Shown here one piece after another: positions 27,002 to 37,053 of a stretch of 43,719 nucleotides of DNA. The stretch lies in the IMG/VR virus record IMGVR_UViG_2660238269_000008, one strand, 5' to 3'. Numbering within the stretch: the first letter of the stretch is position 1; each line of letters begins with the position of its first letter. Below the pieces are notes generated by a model. That model ran no database searches, was not told where the DNA came from, and was given only the letters and a program-made list of their open reading frames with translations. A program made the position numbers and the translations under genes. This DNA comes from a virus (taxonomy: Duplodnaviria; Heunggongvirae; Uroviricota; Caudoviricetes).

Positions 27002-28901
27002 GTTTGTTTTTCCATTCCGGGCTGGGTTAAAGGGGATGATTCGGCCATTGCCTGTGACGCCAGTTGAGTGGGCTGACAGACATTATTATCTACCACCAGA
27101 GTCTTCGTATCTTGCTGGTCGCTGGGAAACTCTGCCATTTCAGATGGCAATAATGAACTGCATGGGGAATGACAGGATCCGCACGGTTAATCTGATTAAA
27201 TCTGCCCGTGTTGGTTATACAAAGATGTTACTGGGCGTGGTCGGGTATTTTATCGAGCATAAAAGCCGTAACACTTTATTGTTCCAACCGACAGATTCAT
27301 CTGCTGAAGATTTTATGAAATCTCACGTGGAGTCAACGTTACGGGATGTCCCTTGTCTGAAAATTCTTTCCCCTTGGCTGGGACGTAAGCACCGGGATAA
27401 CACGCTGACATTAAAAAGATTCACCTCTCGTGTGGGGTTCTGGTGCCTGGGCGGTGCAGCCGCCAAAAACTACCGTGAAAAATCCGTGGACGTGGTCTGC
27501 TATGACGAACTTTCCTCGTTCGAGCCGGATGTTGAAAAAGAGGGCTCGCCAACCCTGCTGGGGGATAAGCGTATTGAGGGCTCGGTATGGCCAAAATCCA
27601 TTCGCGGCTCGACGCCTAAAATAAAAGGTTCCTGCCAGATCGAAAAAGCGGCCAACGAGTCGGCGCATTTCATGCGTTTTTATGTGCCCTGCCCGCACTG
27701 TGGGGAGGCGCAGTATCTGAAATTTGGCGATGAGTCCACGCCTTTTGGCCTTAAATGGGAGAAGGACAGCCCCGAAAGCGTTTTCTACCTCTGTGAACAT
27801 CATGGCTGCGTGATCCATCAGTCTGAGCTTGACCAGAGCAACGGGCGGTGGATCTGTGAAAACACGGGGATGTGGACCCGTGACGGTCTGACGTTTTTCA
27901 GCGCTGCGGGTAATGAAATTCCACCGCCGCGCTCCATCACATTCCATATCTGGACGGCGTACAGTCCGTTCACCACCTGGGTACAGATAGTCTATGACTG
28001 GCTGGATGCACTGAAAGATCCCAACGGCCTGAAAACTTTTGTGAACACCACGCTGGGCGAGACCTGGGAAGAGGCCGTGGGCGAAAAACTCGATCACCAG
28101 GTACTGATGGATAAGGTTGTGCGTTACACGGCGGCGGTGCCTGCCCGGGTGGTTTATCTGACGGCGGGCATTGACTCGCAGCGAAACCGTTTTGAGATGT
28201 ATGTCTGGGGATGGGCTCCGGGAGAGGAAGCCTTTCTGGTGGATAAAATCATCATTATGGGACGTCCAGATGAGGAAGAGACGCTGTTACGTGTGGATGC
28301 GGCGATCAACAAAAAATATCGCCATGCGGATGGCACCGAAATGACCATTTCCCGTGTCTGCTGGGACACCGGGGGGATCGATGGCGAAATCGTTTATCAG
28401 AGATCAAAAAAACACGGTGTTTTCCGTGTGCTGCCGGTAAAAGGCGCGTCTGTCTATGGCAAGCCGGTGATCACCATGCCAAAAACCCGCAATCAGCGGG
28501 GCGTGTATCTGTGTGAAGTGGGGACGGACACCGCAAAAGAAATTCTCTATGCCCGTATGAAAGCCGATCCCACGCCTGCGGATGAAGCCACGTCGTATGC
28601 CATCCGTTTTCCTGATGATCCGGAGGTTTTTTCGCAGACAGAGGCGCAGCAACTGGTGGCGGAAGAGCTGGTGGAGAAGTGGGAAAAAGGAAAGATGCGT
28701 CTGCTGTGGGATAACAAAAAGCGGCGTAACGAAGCGCTGGACTGCCTGGTGTATGCCTACGCGGCATTACGTGTGTCCGTGCAACGCTGGCAGCTTGATC
28801 TGGCTGTACTGGCAAAATCCCGGGAAGAAGAGACGACCCGGCCAACCCTGAAAGAACTGGCAGCGAAGCTGTCCGGAGGAGTGAATGGTTACAGTCGCTG
28901 A
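26937..28901 (+). CDS. A: Terminase large subunit A
   Basis: Lambda gpA-like throughout ([18 protein letters not shown], ATPase and nuclease regions); exact start codon uncertain (26937 or 26952). Confidence 0.95.
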   Translation: MRILQMGYQICLQTTLESQIHKFVFPFRAGLKGMIRPLPVTPVEWADRHYYLPPESSYLAGRWETLPFQMAIMNCMGNDRIRTVNLIKSARVGYTKMLLGVVGYFIEHKSRNTLLFQPTDSSAEDFMKSHVESTLRDVPCLKILSPWLGRKHRDNTLTLKRFTSRVGFWCLGGAAAKNYREKSVDVVCYDELSSFEPDVEKEGSPTLLGDKRIEGSVWPKSIRGSTPKIKGSCQIEKAANESAHFMRFYVPCPHCGEAQYLKFGDESTPFGLKWEKDSPESVFYLCEHHGCVIHQSELDQSNGRWICENTGMWTRDGLTFFSAAGNEIPPPRSITFHIWTAYSPFTTWVQIVYDWLDALKDPNGLKTFVNTTLGETWEEAVGEKLDHQVLMDKVVRYTAAVPARVVYLTAGIDSQRNRFEMYVWGWAPGEEAFLVDKIIIMGRPDEEETLLRVDAAINKKYRHADGTEMTISRVCWDTGGIDGEIVYQRSKKHGVFRVLPVKGASVYGKPVITMPKTRNQRGVYLCEVGTDTAKEILYARMKADPTPADEATSYAIRFPDDPEVFSQTEAQQLVAEELVEKWEKGKMRLLWDNKKRRNEALDCLVYAYAALRVSVQRWQLDLAVLAKSREEETTRPTLKELAAKLSGGVNGYSR

Positions 28902-29091
28902 ACTGCAGGCGCTGCGTCAGGCGCGCCTTGATTTATTAACCGGTAAACGGGTGGTGTCTGTCCAGAAAGATGGTCGCAGAATTGAATATACGGCGGCTTC
29001 TCTGGATGAGCTTAACCGTGCGATCAATGATGCGGAGTCGGTACTGGGGACAACCCGACGTCGCCGTCGTCCGCTGGGAGTGAGGTTATGA
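28885..29091 (+). CDS. W: Head-tail joining protein W
   Basis: LTGKRVVSVQKDGRRIEYTAASL matches lambda gpW. Confidence 0.9.
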   Translation: MVTVAELQALRQARLDLLTGKRVVSVQKDGRRIEYTAASLDELNRAINDAESVLGTTRRRRRPLGVRL

Positions 29092-30680
29092 AACGAACGC
29101 CTGTCCTGATTGATGTGAACGGCGTTCCGCTTCGGGAGAGCCTCAGCTACCACGGGGGCGGTGCAGGATTTGGCGGGCAAATGGCGGAGTGGTTGCCACC
29201 GGCGCAGAGTGCCGATGCGGCCCTGCTGCCCGCGTTGCGTCTGGGGAATGCCCGTGCAGATGATCTGGTGCGCAATAACGGGATAGCGGCTAATGCGGTG
29301 GCCCTGCATAAGGATCATATTGTCGGGCATATGTTTCTGATCAGCTACCGTCCGAACTGGCGCTGGCTGGGGATGCGGGAGACTGCGGCAAAAAGTTTTG
29401 TCGATGAGGTGGAGGCGGCCTGGTCGGAATACGCAGAAGGGATGTTTGGCGAGATCGACGTGGAAGGGAAACGCACGTTTACGGAATTTATCCGTGAAGG
29501 TGTGGGCGTTCATGCCTTTAACGGCGAAATCTTTGTGCAGCCGGTCTGGGATACGGAGAGCACGCAGCTGTTTCGTACGCGTTTTAAAGCCGTGAGTCCG
29601 AAACGGGTGGACACGCCAGGGCACGGTATGGGGAACCGCTTTCTGCGGGCCGGTGTGGAGGTTGATCGATATGGCCGTGCCGTTGCGTACCATATCTGTG
29701 AGGATGATTTTCCGTTCTCTGGTAGTGGACGATGGGAACGGATCCCGCGTGAACTTCCCACCGGGCGTCCGGCCATGCTGCATATTTTCGAGCCGGTGGA
29801 GGACGGGCAGACCCGTGGGGCCAATCAGTTTTACAGCGTCATGGAACGGCTGAAGATGCTCGATTCCCTGCAGGCAACACAGCTTCAGTCGGCCATTGTT
29901 AAAGCCATGTATGCAGCGACGATTGAAAGTGAACTTGATACCGAAAAGGCCTTTGAATATATCGCGGGGGCACCGCAGGGTCAGCAGGATAATCCGCTTA
30001 TTAATATTCTGGAGAAGTTCTCCAGCTGGTATGACACGAATCATGTGACGCTGGGCGGTGTCAAAATTCCGCACCTTTTCCCCGGTGATGATCTGAAACT
30101 GCAGACCGCGCAGGATTCAGACAATGGATTTTCGGCGCTTGAACAGGCGCTGCTGCGGTATATCGCCGCCGGTCTTGGCGTTTCCTACGAACAGTTGTCC
30201 CGTGATTACTCGAAGGTCAGTTATTCAAGTGCCCGCGCCTCTGCCAATGAGTCGTGGCGCTATTTTATGGGACGACGAAAATTTATTGCGGCCCGGCTGG
30301 CCACGCAGATGTTTTCCTGCTGGCTGGAAGAGGCACTTCTTCGGGGGATTATCCGTCCGCCACGGGCACGTTTTGATTTTTATCAGGCGCGATCAGCCTG
30401 GTCACGGGCCGAGTGGATTGGTGCCGGAAGAATGGCCATTGACGGGCTCAAGGAGGTCCAGGAATCGGTGATGCGTATTGATTCCGGACTGAGCACGTAT
30501 GAGAAAGAGCTGGCGCTGATGGGTGAGGATTATCAGGACATTTTCCGCCAGCAGGTCAGGGAATCCGCAGAGCGGGAAAAAGCCGGACTCTCACGTCCGG
30601 TGTGGATAGCGCAGGCGTATCAGCAGCAGATAGCGGAGAGCCGCAGGCCGGAAGAGGAGACAACACCACGTGAGACGTAA
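29088..30680 (+). CDS. B: Portal protein B
   Basis: 530 aa; position and size as lambda gpB. Confidence 0.9.
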   Translation: MKRTPVLIDVNGVPLRESLSYHGGGAGFGGQMAEWLPPAQSADAALLPALRLGNARADDLVRNNGIAANAVALHKDHIVGHMFLISYRPNWRWLGMRETAAKSFVDEVEAAWSEYAEGMFGEIDVEGKRTFTEFIREGVGVHAFNGEIFVQPVWDTESTQLFRTRFKAVSPKRVDTPGHGMGNRFLRAGVEVDRYGRAVAYHICEDDFPFSGSGRWERIPRELPTGRPAMLHIFEPVEDGQTRGANQFYSVMERLKMLDSLQATQLQSAIVKAMYAATIESELDTEKAFEYIAGAPQGQQDNPLINILEKFSSWYDTNHVTLGGVKIPHLFPGDDLKLQTAQDSDNGFSALEQALLRYIAAGLGVSYEQLSRDYSKVSYSSARASANESWRYFMGRRKFIAARLATQMFSCWLEEALLRGIIRPPRARFDFYQARSAWSRAEWIGAGRMAIDGLKEVQESVMRIDSGLSTYEKELALMGEDYQDIFRQQVRESAEREKAGLSRPVWIAQAYQQQIAESRRPEEETTPRET

Positions 30681-32175
30681 TCTTTCACACATTATTGCCG
30701 CAGCATTCAATGAACCGCTGCTTCTGGAGCCCGCCTATGCGCGGGTTTTCTTTTGCGCGCTGGGGCGCGAGATGGGGGCAGCAAGTCTTTCGGTACCACA
30801 ACAGCAGGTACAGCTTGATGCTCCCGGAATGCTGGCTGAAACGGATGAGTTCATGACCGGAGATAAACGACCGGCCCGTGTTTACCGGGTGGTGAACGGT
30901 ATTGCTGTACTGCCGGTGACCGGCACGCTGGTGCACCGGCTGGGTGGCATGCGGCCATTTTCCGGAATGACAGGCTATGACGGCATTGTTGCCTGTCTTC
31001 AGCAGGCAATGGCGGACACCTCTGTCCGGGGCGTACTGCTGGATATTGACAGTCCGGGCGGGCAGGCCGCCGGTGCGTTTGACTGCGCTGACATGATTTA
31101 CCGCCTCCGGCAGCAGAAGCCGGTCTGGGCACTGTGTAATGACACGGCCTGTTCTGCGGCCATGCTGCTGGCGTCGGCCTGCTCCCGACGGCTGGTTACC
31201 CAGACATCCCGTATCGGCTCCATTGGCGTGATGATGGGCCATGTCAGCTATGCCGGTCATCTGGCGCAGGCCGGAGTGGATATCACGCTGATTTATGCCG
31301 GGGCGCATAAGGTGGATGGCAATCAGTTTGAAGCGTTGCCGTCAGAGGTTCGCCAGGACATGCAGCAGCGGATTGATGCGGCGCACCGGATGTTTGCCGA
31401 AAAAGTGGCGATGTATACGGGGCTGTCTGTGGAAGCTGTCACGGGGACAGAGGCTGCCGTTTTTGAAGGTCAGTCCGGTATTGAGGCCGGGCTGGCGGAT
31501 GAATTAATCAATGCGTCGGATGCCATCAGCGTGATGGCTGCGGCGCTGAACACACATGATACAGGAGGCACTATGCCGCAATTAACTGCAACGGAAGCCG
31601 CCGCGCAGGAGAACCAGCGAGTGATGGGGATCCTGACGTGTCAGGAAGCGAAAGGACGTGAACAGCTTGCCACGATGCTGGCAGGACAACAGGGCATGAG
31701 CGTTGAACAGGCCCGGGCGATTCTGGCCGCGGCAGCACCGCAGCAGCCGGTGGCATCCGCGCAGAGTGAAGCCGATCGCATTATGGCGTGTGAAGAAGCT
31801 AAAGGTCGTGAACAACTGGCGGCAACGCTGGCGGCGATGCTGGATATGACGGTGGAAAAAGCCCGCCCGATCCTGGCGGCTGCACCACTGGCGGATGCCG
31901 GACCCTCACTCCGTGATCAGATTATGGCTCTGGATGAGGCAAAAGGGGCTGAGGCGCAGGCTGAAAAACTGGCGGCGTTTCCCGGAATGACGGTGGAGGC
32001 TGCCCGCGACATTCTGTCCTCATCGCCGGATAAAGCAGAACCGGTTTCTGCATCCACAACCGCCCTGTTTGAACGGTTCATGGCGAACCATTCACCGGCA
32101 GCCGTGCAGGGTGGCGTGTCACAGACGTCGGCAGACGGTGATGCGGACGTGAAAATGCTCATGGCCATGCCATGA
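30670..32175 (+). CDS. C: Prohead protease C (ClpP/S49-like) with C-terminal scaffold (Nu3-like) region containing three tandem ~40-aa repeats
   Basis: N-terminal 300 aa S49-like; C-terminal repeats ..EAKGREQLA..; lambda Nu3 is nested in-frame in C. Confidence 0.85.
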   Translation: MRRNLSHIIAAAFNEPLLLEPAYARVFFCALGREMGAASLSVPQQQVQLDAPGMLAETDEFMTGDKRPARVYRVVNGIAVLPVTGTLVHRLGGMRPFSGMTGYDGIVACLQQAMADTSVRGVLLDIDSPGGQAAGAFDCADMIYRLRQQKPVWALCNDTACSAAMLLASACSRRLVTQTSRIGSIGVMMGHVSYAGHLAQAGVDITLIYAGAHKVDGNQFEALPSEVRQDMQQRIDAAHRMFAEKVAMYTGLSVEAVTGTEAAVFEGQSGIEAGLADELINASDAISVMAAALNTHDTGGTMPQLTATEAAAQENQRVMGILTCQEAKGREQLATMLAGQQGMSVEQARAILAAAAPQQPVASAQSEADRIMACEEAKGREQLAATLAAMLDMTVEKARPILAAAPLADAGPSLRDQIMALDEAKGAEAQAEKLAAFPGMTVEAARDILSSSPDKAEPVSASTTALFERFMANHSPAAVQGGVSQTSADGDADVKMLMAMP

Positions 32176-32211
32176 AGTCAGTGCTGACCATCAATATGAG
32201 GTTTTTACAAT

Positions 32212-32559
32212 ATGGTAACGAAAACCATCACTGAACAACGTGCAGAAGTACGTATTTTTGCCGGTAATGATCCGGCTCATACCGCCACAGGCAGCAGCGG
32301 GATTTCTCAGGCAACACCGGCACTGACGCCCCTGATGCTGGATGAAGCCAGCGGGAAACTGGTGGTCTGGGACGGACAGAAAGCCGGTAGTGCGGCTGGC
32401 ATACTGGTACTGCCGCTTGAAGGCACAGAGACGGTGCTGACGTATTACAAGTCGGGGACCTTTGCGACGGAGGCAATCCGCTGGCCTGAAAGTGTGGATG
32501 AACACAAAAAGGCCAACGCCTTTGTCGGCACAGCCCTGAGTCACGCGGCGCTGCCGTAA
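32212..32559 (+). CDS. D: Head decoration protein D
   Basis: DPAHTAT...TPLMLDE...KLVVWDG...YKSGTF matches lambda gpD. Confidence 0.9.
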   Translation: MVTKTITEQRAEVRIFAGNDPAHTATGSSGISQATPALTPLMLDEASGKLVVWDGQKAGSAAGILVLPLEGTETVLTYYKSGTFATEAIRWPESVDEHKKANAFVGTALSHAALP

Positions 32560-32616
32560 CACGTTATCAGGCCACCGCGTTGGCCTGACTGATTTCTGAA
32601 TGAAAGGAACTGATTT

Positions 32617-33645
32617 ATGGGATTGTTTACGACCCGCCAGTTACTCGGTTATACCGAACAAAAAGTGAAATTTCGTGCGCTGTTTCTGGAACTGTTTTTC
32701 CGCCGTACGGTGAATTTCCACACCGAAGAGGTGATGCTGGACAAAATTACCGGAAAAACGCCGGTGGCAGCCTATGTCTCCCCGGTTGTTGAAGGAAAAG
32801 TGCTGCGTCATCGTGGTGGTGAAACCCGCGTGTTGCGTCCGGGCTACGTCAAGCCGAAACACGAATTTAATTACCAGCAGGCGGTGGAGCGCCTTCCCGG
32901 TGAAGATCCGGCGCAACTGAACGACCCGGCCTACCGTCGTCTGCGTATCATCACTGATAACCTCAAACAGGAAGAGCATGCCATTGTCCAGGTGGAGGAA
33001 ATGCAGGCGGTGAATGCCGTGCTGTATGGCAAATACACCATGGAAGGGGAGCAGTTTGATACTGTCGAGGTGGATTTCGGGCGCTCTGAAGGAAATAACA
33101 TTGAGCAGGCTGACGGTAAAAAATGGTCTGAGCAGGACCGTGATACGTTTGATCCGACGCATGATATTGACCTCTACTGCGATCAGGCCAGCGGTCTTGT
33201 GAATATCGCCATTATGGACGGTACGGTCTGGCGTCTGCTGAATGGCTTTAAGCTGTTCCGCGAAAAACTGGATACCCGTCGCGGCTCAAATTCACAACTC
33301 GAAACGGCAGTGAAAGACCTGGGGGCGGTGGTGTCTTTCAAGGGGTATTACGGTGATCTGGCCATTGTGGTGGCGAAAACATCTTATGTGGCAGAGGACG
33401 GTACCGAAAAACGTTATCTGCCGGAGGGCACGCTGGTCCTGGGAAATACGGCTGCTGATGGCATCCGTTGCTATGGTGCCATTCAGGATGCGCAGGCGTT
33501 GTCCGAAGGTGTGGTGGCCTCTTCCCGTTATCCGAAACACTGGCTGACCGTTGGCGATCCGGCCCGTGAATTCACCATGACGCAGTCCGCTCCGCTGATG
33601 GTGCTGCCGGATCCGGATGAGTTTGTGGTGGTTCAGGTGAAATAA
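32617..33645 (+). CDS. E: Major capsid protein E
   Basis: 342 aa; YVSPVVEGKV, PGYVKPKHE, RRGSNSQLETAVKDLG, TGDPAREFTMTQSAPLM match lambda gpE. Confidence 0.95.
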   Translation: MGLFTTRQLLGYTEQKVKFRALFLELFFRRTVNFHTEEVMLDKITGKTPVAAYVSPVVEGKVLRHRGGETRVLRPGYVKPKHEFNYQQAVERLPGEDPAQLNDPAYRRLRIITDNLKQEEHAIVQVEEMQAVNAVLYGKYTMEGEQFDTVEVDFGRSEGNNIEQADGKKWSEQDRDTFDPTHDIDLYCDQASGLVNIAIMDGTVWRLLNGFKLFREKLDTRRGSNSQLETAVKDLGAVVSFKGYYGDLAIVVAKTSYVAEDGTEKRYLPEGTLVLGNTAADGIRCYGAIQDAQALSEGVVASSRYPKHWLTVGDPAREFTMTQSAPLMVLPDPDEFVVVQVK

Positions 33646-33695
33646 TCCGTGAGCGGGGGCGATATGCCCCGTGTCTTTTTTCACAGAGGGCTGAG

Positions 33696-34079
33696 ATGGC
33701 AACAAAAGAAGAAAATCAGAAACGTCTTCGTGAACTGGCTGGCCTGCTGGGGCGCGAGGCAGATATGTCGGGGAGTGCAGCGGATATTGCTCAACGTGTG
33801 TCTGAGTGGGAAGAGGAGCTTGCTGTTTCCCCGGAAGGCATTATGCACTCTGATGAGAGCGGGTCTGATCAAAATTACACAGACGATGGTGAGCAGTTGA
33901 ACAACACTGATGCTCCGGATGATGTTAAAGCCGTCCGGGTACGGAAGTGCCTGCAAGTGATGGGGTATTGCCCGGAGACAGGTCGTCCCGTTGAGCTGGC
34001 GTTACGGGGTATGCGTGTTCTGGTGCCATCATCACTGGCAACGGCCATGATACAGCACGGAACGGCTGAGTATGCGTGA
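33696..34079 (+). CDS. FI: DNA packaging protein FI
   Basis: Position between E and FII; N-terminal coiled segment like lambda FI. Confidence 0.7.
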   Translation: MATKEENQKRLRELAGLLGREADMSGSAADIAQRVSEWEEELAVSPEGIMHSDESGSDQNYTDDGEQLNNTDAPDDVKAVRVRKCLQVMGYCPETGRPVELALRGMRVLVPSSLATAMIQHGTAEYA

Positions 34080-34425
34080 TTTTCAGAATGCCTTTGATGC
34101 CGCCCTTGCGGGGGTGGACAGCACGATTGTTGAAGTGATGGGGATCCGTGCGCAGTTCACCTCCGGAGCACAACGTGGCGGTGAAGTTCAGGGGGTTTTT
34201 GACGATCCGGAGTCGCTGGGTTTTGCCGGTGGCGGGGTCCGTATTGAAGGAAGCAGCCCGTCATTATTTGTGCGGACGGATACGGTGCGTGCTGTGCGGC
34301 GTGGTGACACGCTGACCATTAACGGCGAGATATTCTGGGTGGATCGTGTTTCTCCGGATGACGGGGGCAGCTGTTATCTCTGGCTCAACCGTGGGCAACC
34401 ACCCGCTCTTAACCGGCGACGATAA
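34072..34425 (+). CDS. FII: Head-tail connector FII
   Basis: GVFDDPE, VRIEGSSPSLFVRTD, GDTLTI, FWVDRVSPDDGGSC.LWL match lambda FII. Confidence 0.95.
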   Translation: MRDFQNAFDAALAGVDSTIVEVMGIRAQFTSGAQRGGEVQGVFDDPESLGFAGGGVRIEGSSPSLFVRTDTVRAVRRGDTLTINGEIFWVDRVSPDDGGSCYLWLNRGQPPALNRRR

Positions 34426-34440
34426 ACGCAGGGTGAAATT

Positions 34441-35016
34441 ATGGCGATAAAAGGGCTTGATCAGGCGATTGATAATCTGAGCCGGGTTCGTAAAAACGCC
34501 ATTCCGGCGGCTTCAGCAATGACGATTAACCGCGTGGCCACAACGGCGATTAATCAGTCTTCATCACAGGTTGCCCGGGAGACAAAGGTACGCCGGAAAC
34601 TGGTTAAGGAACGGTCCAGACTGAAACGGGCGACGGTCAGAAATCCGAATGCAAAAATTATCGTTAACCGCGGTGATCTCCCAGTGATTAAGCTGGGGAT
34701 CAGAATGCTGGGGCGTCGTCCGAACAGCATACTCAAAGCCGGTCAGCATCGTTATCAGCGGGCATTTATCCAGCGATTAAATAATGGGCGCTGGCATGTT
34801 ATGCAACGTCTTCCCCAGGCCAGATATGAGGAGGGCAATGACGACAAGGGCAGGAAAAAGCGTAATCGCCTTCCCATTCAGGTGGTGAAAATCCCGATGG
34901 CGGCCCCACTGAAACAGGCGTTTGATGAAAACGTTGACCGTATCCGTCGTGAACGCCTGCCCAAAGAACTGGCATATGCGCTGAAACAACAACTGAGGAT
35001 TGCGATAAAACGATGA
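34441..35016 (+). CDS. Z: Tail completion protein Z
   Basis: MAIKGL..A..NLSR, SQVARETKVRRKLVKER.RLKRATV, NGRWHVMQR, RIRRERLPKEL match lambda Z. Confidence 0.95.
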   Translation: MAIKGLDQAIDNLSRVRKNAIPAASAMTINRVATTAINQSSSQVARETKVRRKLVKERSRLKRATVRNPNAKIIVNRGDLPVIKLGIRMLGRRPNSILKAGQHRYQRAFIQRLNNGRWHVMQRLPQARYEEGNDDKGRKKRNRLPIQVVKIPMAAPLKQAFDENVDRIRRERLPKELAYALKQQLRIAIKR

Positions 35017-35408
35017 AACATACTGATATCCGTGCAGCCGTACTGGATGCACTGGAGAAGCATGACACCGGGGCGACGCTGTTTGATGGTCGCCCCGCTG
35101 TTTTTGAGGAGGCGGATTTTCCGGCGGTCGCGGTTTATCTGACGGATGCAGAGTATACCGGTGAAGAGCTGGATGCTGATACCTGGCGGGCCACACTGCA
35201 TATTGAGGTGTTTTTACCGGCACAGGTACCGGATTCAGAGCTTGATCAGTGGATGGAAAGCCGGATTTACCCGGCGATGGCGGAGATCCCTGCACTGGCA
35301 GGCATGATTACCACGATGGTTACGCAGGGCTATGAGTATCGTCGTGATGACGATATGGCATTGTGGAGCTCTGCAGATCTGACTTATTCCATTACATACG
35401 AGATGTGA
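35013..35408 (+). CDS. U: Tail terminator U
   Basis: [40 protein letters not shown] matches lambda U. Confidence 0.95.
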   Translation: MKHTDIRAAVLDALEKHDTGATLFDGRPAVFEEADFPAVAVYLTDAEYTGEELDADTWRATLHIEVFLPAQVPDSELDQWMESRIYPAMAEIPALAGMITTMVTQGYEYRRDDDMALWSSADLTYSITYEM

Positions 35409-35415
35409 GGATGAT

Positions 35416-36165
35416 ATGGCAACACCAAATCCCCTGGCGCCGGTAAAAGGTTCCGGCACCACGCTCTGGGTTTACACCGGTAAGGGCGATGCTTATGCAA
35501 ACCCGCTGTCAGATGATGAGTGGACGCGTCTGGCAAAAATAAAGGATCTGACCCCCGGCGAGATGACGGCGGAATCCTACGACGATAACTATCTGGATGA
35601 TGAGGATGCTGACTGGGTATCCACCGGGCAGGGGCAGAAATCTGCCGGTGACACCAGTTTTACGCTGGCCTGGAAGCCCGGCGAGAAAGGGCAGCGTGAT
35701 TTGATTGCCTGGTTTGACAGCAGTGAGACCCGGGCCTACAAAATCCGCTTCCCGAACGGTACGGTGGATGTGTTCCGTGGCTGGGTGAGCGCCATTGGTA
35801 AAGCGGTGACTGCCAAAGAAGTGATCACCCGTACGGTAAAAATCACCAATATTGGTCGTCCGTCGCTGGCGGAGGATCGGGGAGAAATCACACCGGTCAC
35901 CGGTATTACCGTGACGCCACTAACGGGGAATGTGGCAAAAGGTCAGAGCACCACCCTGACTGTGGCCGTTCAGCCGGAAGGCGCAACGGATAAAACCTTC
36001 CGCGCAACGTCGGCAAATCAGAATTTCGCCACTATTACCGTGAAAGGGAACACGATCACCGTGAAAGGTGTTGCGGCAGGTAAAGCGCAGATCCCTGTTG
36101 TCACCGGCAATGGTGAGTTTGCGGCGGTGGCGGAGATCACCGTCACGGATGGCGCTGCGGGCTGA
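35416..36165 (+). CDS. V: Major tail tube protein V (with C-terminal Ig-like domain)
   Basis: [33 protein letters not shown] matches lambda V. Confidence 0.95.
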   Translation: MATPNPLAPVKGSGTTLWVYTGKGDAYANPLSDDEWTRLAKIKDLTPGEMTAESYDDNYLDDEDADWVSTGQGQKSAGDTSFTLAWKPGEKGQRDLIAWFDSSETRAYKIRFPNGTVDVFRGWVSAIGKAVTAKEVITRTVKITNIGRPSLAEDRGEITPVTGITVTPLTGNVAKGQSTTLTVAVQPEGATDKTFRATSANQNFATITVKGNTITVKGVAAGKAQIPVVTGNGEFAAVAEITVTDGAAG

Positions 36166-36181
36166 GGGGAGGAGATCAAGC

Positions 36182-36613
36182 ATGTTCCTGAAAACAGAAC
36201 AATTTGAATATAACGGCGTGTCCGTCACCCTTTCCGAACTGTCTGCGCTACAGCGTATTGAGCATCTTGCCCTCCTGAAACGGCGGGCAGAAGAGGCTGA
36301 AGCCAGCGGCAACCTGCAGGTGAGCGTGGAAGACCTTGTCAGAACCGGGGCGTTTCTGGTGGCGATGTCCCTGTGGCATAACCATCCACAGAAAACGCAG
36401 TCACCGTCAATGAATGAGGCCGTGATGAAGATAGAGCAGGAAGTGCTCACCACCTGGCCTGCCGATGCCATTGCCCGGGCGGAAGAAGTGGTGTTGTGCC
36501 TGTCCGGGATGATCGAAGCTGTTCGTCCGGATACTGATATCACCGAAGTGGCGAAAAATAACGTGCTGACTGATGATGATTTTTCTGCGGGAAAGTCTTC
36601 GACGGCGAGCTGA
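36182..36613 (+). CDS. G: Tail assembly chaperone G
   Basis: Position and size as lambda G; slippery heptamer G GGA AAG at 36589..36595 in the zero frame. Confidence 0.85.
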   Translation: MFLKTEQFEYNGVSVTLSELSALQRIEHLALLKRRAEEAEASGNLQVSVEDLVRTGAFLVAMSLWHNHPQKTQSPSMNEAVMKIEQEVLTTWPADAIARAEEVVLCLSGMIEAVRPDTDITEVAKNNVLTDDDFSAGKSSTAS

Positions 36614-37053
36614 ATTTTGCCCTCAGACTGGCGCGTGAGATGGGGAGACCCGACTGGCGCGCCATGCTTGCCGGGATGACATCCACCGAATATGCCGACT
36701 GGCGACATTTTTACCGCACGCATTATTTTCACGATACCCAGCTGGATATGCATTTTTCCGGGCTGACGTACGCTGTACTCAGCCTTTTTTTTTGCGATCC
36801 GGATATGCATCCCTCTGATTTCAGTCTGCTTGTCCCCCGGCATGAGGAAGCGCAGGTGGAGAGGCAGGATGAGGACAAAATGCTGATGCAGAAAGCGGCA
36901 GGACTTGCCGGAGGCGTCCGGTTCGGTGGGGACGGAGGGCGCGATATTTTATCGTCTGCGGATGTGGCGGATGTCATGGTGGATGATGCCGTATTAATGA
37001 TGGCTTCAGCGGGGATTTCCGGAGGTGTGAGATATGTCCCAGTCGGTTGGTGA
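36589..37053 (+). CDS. T: T portion of the G-T fusion made by programmed -1 frameshift at G GGA AAG
   Basis: ORF 36640..37053 lies in the -1 frame relative to G; canonical lambda-type slippery site. Confidence 0.8.
   Translation, partial: GKVFDGELNFALRLAREMGRPDWRAMLAGMTSTEYADWRHFYRTHYFHDTQLDMHFSGLTYAVLSLFFCDPDMHPSDFSLLVPRHEEAQVERQDEDKMLMQKAAGLAGGVRFGGDGGRDILSSADVADVMVDDAVLMMASAGISGGVRYVPVGW

Noticed and set aside
27411-30074. Long minus-strand ORFs inside the terminase and portal genes (27411..28097, 28917..30074)
   Set aside because: They overlap plus-strand genes with clear lambda homology; GC-rich antisense frames commonly stay open by chance.
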